Position numbers and translations under genes: made by a program. From a virus (lineage: Duplodnaviria; Caudoviricetes), in IMG/VR virus record IMGVR_UViG_3300043411_000506, positions 1-47,033 of that record: DNA of 47,033 nucleotides; one strand, given 5' to 3'. Positions 43,245 to 47,033 of the stretch are shown piece by piece. The first letter of the stretch is position 1. Every line of letters begins with the position of its first letter. The notes under the pieces were generated by a model. That model was given only the letters and a program-made list of their open reading frames with translations. It had not been told where the DNA came from and did not search any database.

Positions 43245-45089
43245 TTAGATGTCAGCACCGGTGGAAACCACGCGGATTGGGATGTAGATGAATTCAGCCG
43301 CTTTGACTGGCTTGATAGCGACGTCAAGCCACAACTCGTTTCGATCGATGCGAGTTGCAGTGTTGTTCGATGCATCGCACAGTGTTGCAAAGTCGTACAG
43401 ACCACGCTTCGACAGAACATCAGACAGCATACCATCGGCTGCAGCCTTCAAGTTGTCGCGAGTGATCTGATCGTTTGGTTCGAACACGAACGGCATAGCA
43501 CCCTTACGGAGTGTACGACGCAGGTAGCAAACCAGACGAACGACGTTGATGCGATCCAAAGCAGAAGCAGCAGTTGCAGAAGTCTTCTGACCCCAGATCA
43601 AGATGCCACGGCCTGGGAAGAACACGATTGGGTTGATGTTCTTGTCGTATTCGTACAAGTTGTCGCGTTGACCAGCGTTCAGTGAAGCTTCCACGAATGT
43701 GGTTGCTGTACCCAGCGTGCCAGTCACGTAACCAACCTTGGAAACACCAGTCACAACACCACGTTGTACGCCAGCTGGAGCGAACCAAACGTAGGATTGC
43801 TTGTCGCTGAAAGCGATCGTACGCATTGCAATGCCAGATGGAGCGCACATCACGTTGCGACCATCGAGGTTTGAAGCCAGACCCCATGGGTAGTAGTACG
43901 CAACGTTGTCATTGACAACACGTTCCGAGGACAGTGCCCATTGAGCGATTTGGTCAGGTGTCTTGTTGCAAGGAGTATCAGCGATAACAACCGCTTCACT
44001 CTGCACGTCAGCGGCCAGAGCAGCCAACTCATCAACAACTTCTGGGTAACCAGGAGCAGCAACGAGGTTGAACTCATACAGCTCAGAGCGAACGTCGAGG
44101 TTGCTGTTGATAGCGGACTGCATTGCAGTCACGATGGCAACGCGCTTAGCAGCATCGTTAGCACCGAGCGGAGCAGAAACCGTGACATCGGAAACGATGA
44201 CTGTGAACTCATCACCAGCTTCGAAGGCAACAGTACCTGGGAAGATCGTGAAAGTAACGCGGTTGTTGTCGTATGGAGAACCAACGGCACCAGGAGCCGA
44301 CACACCAGTCACCGTACCGGAAACGTTGAACGACGTTTCAGAGATGAAAGAGATTGTCAGTGTTTCTGGAACAGCGAGATCATCAGGCAGCAAGTTCACA
44401 ACTTGACCATTACCAACGTTGCCAGAATCTGGCGTGGCAGTGTAAGCAAGGTTGAACGTGAACATGTCACCGGCAGAGAACGGCACCACGCCTTGGGTCA
44501 CGTTGAACGAGACCTTCGTGCCAGAGAATGGCGAGCCAACGATACCAGTACCGATGTGGCCAGTGCGCGAGCCAGACACAGAGAACGTTGTTGGCGACGT
44601 AAACACGACGCTCACGGTCTGTGGCTTAACAGCAGATGAAGCAGCGCTGACGTTAGTCAGTGTGCCGTTGCCGATGCCATTGAACTCCAGTGTGCTTTCA
44701 ACGAGGACTGGGGTGCCGAGCGAAACGAATGTTTCTGGGTCGTCAGCCAAGTCAACGTTTGCACGAACAACATACGCACGGGAGCCGGCGCCGAGGAACT
44801 GGTTCAGGGCGAACAGGCCATACTCGTTACGAGCATCGCCGTGCATCTCATTACCAGCTGTGTCAGCATGGAAATAAGGAACACCGTACAGTTCAAGAGA
44901 TTGAGCGAGCGTCACAGTACGCACCACACCTGCTTCCAGCGTACCAGCGGCTGGTGTCACACCATTCGGTTGCAGTTTGCCAGAGCGGGTTGCGATGAAG
45001 AACAGCGGCAGGGTTGGGGCCGATGCTGGGAAGAAGAAGCTCTCGTTGGTGACCGATACCGATACACCTGCAGAAACGAGGGTTGCCAT
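43245..45089 (-). CDS. 18: Tail sheath protein (gp18-like)
   Basis: LVSAGVSV, YYPW, WFAPAG, INPI, WGQKT, RINVVRL, FEPND and KPVKAAEFI; TAAATA at 45139-45144. Confidence 0.95.
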   Translation of the reverse strand: MATLVSAGVSVSVTNESFFFPASAPTLPLFFIATRSGKLQPNGVTPAAGTLEAGVVRTVTLAQSLELYGVPYFHADTAGNEMHGDARNEYGLFALNQFLGAGSRAYVVRANVDLADDPETFVSLGTPVLVESTLEFNGIGNGTLTNVSAASSAVKPQTVSVVFTSPTTFSVSGSRTGHIGTGIVGSPFSGTKVSFNVTQGVVPFSAGDMFTFNLAYTATPDSGNVGNGQVVNLLPDDLAVPETLTISFISETSFNVSGTVTGVSAPGAVGSPYDNNRVTFTIFPGTVAFEAGDEFTVIVSDVTVSAPLGANDAAKRVAIVTAMQSAINSNLDVRSELYEFNLVAAPGYPEVVDELAALAADVQSEAVVIADTPCNKTPDQIAQWALSSERVVNDNVAYYYPWGLASNLDGRNVMCAPSGIAMRTIAFSDKQSYVWFAPAGVQRGVVTGVSKVGYVTGTLGTATTFVEASLNAGQRDNLYEYDKNINPIVFFPGRGILIWGQKTSATAASALDRINVVRLVCYLRRTLRKGAMPFVFEPNDQITRDNLKAAADGMLSDVLSKRGLYDFATLCDASNNTATRIDRNELWLDVAIKPVKAAEFIYIPIRVVSTGADI

Positions 45090-45182
45090 GTAGTTCTCCT
45101 ACGAGTTAGGGTCAATGACCGCTTTGTTTTGGTCTAGGTATTTAGGGCCGGGCCGGCCGGGCGCGTCAGATTCAAAGCACTT

Positions 45183-45578
45183 TCAGCGCTTTGGCGCACG
45201 ATACATCGTCGCGGATACACGAGGATGCTTTTTGTTGCCTGTATTCTTCACAAAGCCGAAGCGACCGTAGAACTCAATCAGTCGAGTTTTTGAAGTCGTA
45301 CCAATATGCTTGTTTCGTTCAGACGGTGATAGGGCGATGATGAGGCCGTGTTCGTCGGCGTAATCGCACAACATCTTCATGGCTTTCGTTCCTTGCCCGC
45401 TCCCTTGACTATCCTTGCCAACCACAATCAATTGCAGGCCAATGATGTCAGGATTCTGCCCAGAGTGATACAGCCAGAACTTCTCGAGGCTGCACTCAGA
45501 ACGGATCTTGTTTTCAAGAGCCTCGATCTCCGCGTCGCGAGAGGTCCGTTCTTGTAAGAATTCTTTGAAGGTCATCAT
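45183..45578 (-). CDS. GNAT-family acetyltransferase
   Basis: QGSGQGT acetyl-CoA motif and LIEFYGRFGF; start MMTFKEFLQE. Confidence 0.8.
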   Translation of the reverse strand: MMTFKEFLQERTSRDAEIEALENKIRSECSLEKFWLYHSGQNPDIIGLQLIVVGKDSQGSGQGTKAMKMLCDYADEHGLIIALSPSERNKHIGTTSKTRLIEFYGRFGFVKNTGNKKHPRVSATMYRAPKR

Positions 45579-46363
45579 GGCAATTGTGCTGGTTCGTCAG
45601 GTACTGGACCCTCAGGCGGGCGTGTGTTGATTTCAATAGTTGCGAGTGGGTCGCCAAACGGTGTGAGTTCGCCGTTCTCGTCTACTTCATTGACGACCAT
45701 CGTGCCAAGTGAAGCGATCTGAATGACAACCTTACGTACCAAGTCGTCCTTAACGCCCATTGGAACGCTGAGGTAGATCGGCATTTCAAAGGAAAGAGTC
45801 CACACAATCATTCGCTTGTCTTGCGAAGATGGGTAGTTCTCTTCATTGGAAATGTCGGTCAGCTCGACCTTAGTGATCTTGGTCCAGTCAAACGGCGCAT
45901 CATTCTTTTGAATCTGAATGTCTGGGTTGAACAGCACCAGAATCTGCTCAAGGATCTGATGCATCTGCTGAGTGTTCGATGCATAGATGCTGAGCTCAAG
46001 TGTCATGTTATACGGCACAGGCATGACGCGCTTGACAACAGTCAGATCATCTGGGAACACCCCGCCAGTACGCATTGTGACGCGCTGGTCAACGTACGCT
46101 TGCACCTTGCGGCGTTCAGGTGAGAGCTGTAGACCGGTCATGTAAACTGACATGGTTGGCAGACTGAACACTCGGTTGTCGGTATTTCCGGCGTGCAGCG
46201 CGGCGACGACACGGTCTTTGTTGCCAATCACACACGGGACAGTCATGAACTGCGCTTCGTTGCATTCACCCTTACCGGTCTGAACTTGCAGACCTTGAAA
46301 GATGGCAACGAATTGCAGGAGATAGGAGCGCAGTTGCGCGTCGTACCAAAAGTTTTGAATCAT
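45575..46363 (-). CDS. 15: Tail terminator / sheath stabiliser (gp15-like)
   Basis: FWYDAQLRSY, MPVPYNMTLEL and QILEQILVLFNP. Confidence 0.85.
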   Translation of the reverse strand: MIQNFWYDAQLRSYLLQFVAIFQGLQVQTGKGECNEAQFMTVPCVIGNKDRVVAALHAGNTDNRVFSLPTMSVYMTGLQLSPERRKVQAYVDQRVTMRTGGVFPDDLTVVKRVMPVPYNMTLELSIYASNTQQMHQILEQILVLFNPDIQIQKNDAPFDWTKITKVELTDISNEENYPSSQDKRMIVWTLSFEMPIYLSVPMGVKDDLVRKVVIQIASLGTMVVNEVDENGELTPFGDPLATIEINTRPPEGPVPDEPAQLP

Positions 46364-47033
46364 AGCTTCTTAGTCGACAGCGACAGTGTTTGTGTTTGCT
46401 TGAACATCTCTTGCTGAGATGGCTTCATGGAGTTGCGTTCTGCACGACGATCCGTCTCGACGTACATCCACTTGTTCTTGACGAGATTGAAACGGTACAG
46501 ACGAGACGCGATGCCGAGCTTCGGATCGTAGTTCAGGCGGAAGTACGTGCCGTCCGTTTGACCAGCAACATCTGGAAGCTTGAAGCCCTCAGTGTATGCA
46601 AGACCGTCGGGTGGCAAACCATCCTCAATGTAGAGGTCACGGCCGTCGTATGAGCCTGGACCACCAGTGCCGTTGCTCATGCCAGACGCCACTTCGCGGA
46701 CATTGGAGCCCTTTTCCGGCATTGCTAAAGTGGCTTCAGCGTTTACCGCCTCAGTTGCAGTCAACTGACCAGTTTGAATTTGTTCAATGCCGTCAAAGAA
46801 CGTGCCATCATCAACGACGTATTTCTGCGTGTCAACTGTGCCGAGGATGTCACGATTTTCCTGGCTTGCAATGACTTGCGATGCTTGGAACTTGAATGTG
46901 ATTGGGCGCCATGCGGTGGTGTACCCGTCAGACGACCATGACGTGTCAGTAACTTCGAGGAACTTATGAACCGGCTTCAGGTTGTGGTCGTACTGCATCT
47001 CGCTCGGGACTTCCAAGATGTCACCAACCACGA
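46360..47033 (-). CDS. Neck protein (gp14-like), 5' end outside window
   Basis: VGDILEVP motif, position upstream of gp15, and YFRLNY...RLYRF...W. Confidence 0.65.
   Translation of the reverse strand, partial: VVGDILEVPSEMQYDHNLKPVHKFLEVTDTSWSSDGYTTAWRPITFKFQASQVIASQENRDILGTVDTQKYVVDDGTFFDGIEQIQTGQLTATEAVNAEATLAMPEKGSNVREVASGMSNGTGGPGSYDGRDLYIEDGLPPDGLAYTEGFKLPDVAGQTDGTYFRLNYDPKLGIASRLYRFNLVKNKWMYVETDRRAERNSMKPSQQEMFKQTQTLSLSTKKL

Noticed and set aside
1-47033. Stop-codon reassignment, DGR/retron or CRISPR-Cas system
   Set aside because: Core genes are intact in the standard code and end in TAA, TGA or TAG. No reverse transcriptase, cas gene or repeat-spacer array was seen.

Overview
A segment of a large lytic T4-superfamily (probably jumbo) myophage genome, almost entirely coded on the minus strand. 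It contains: (i) a large fibre gene running off the left edge, which the ORF track missed, and a holin-like membrane protein; (ii) an Acb1/gp57B-like 2H phosphoesterase, glutaredoxin, class Ia nrdAB and a GH108 endolysin; (iii) the recombination block uvsW-uvsY-uvsX-gp32; (iv) two fibre/adhesin cassettes that start with paralogous 'MLFDGI' proteins, plus two decayed virion-gene remnants; (v) an accessory block with an HD-Pnk RNA end-healing enzyme; (vi) terminase, head completion, tube, sheath, gp15-like and gp14-like genes; and (vii) four free-standing GIY-YIG endonucleases. About 14 T4-type late promoter cores (TAAATA) precede late genes. The main leads are: enzymes (AAA ATPase, GNAT) with T4-like capsid-targeting N-termini; two genes, including the tail tube, that appear to start at AUC/AUU; a recurrent GGGACC-N4-GGTCCC palindrome at module boundaries; a modular fibre system; and a T4 gene e-type hairpin switch on the endolysin. 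All family calls come from motif recognition by eye; no database searches were run.
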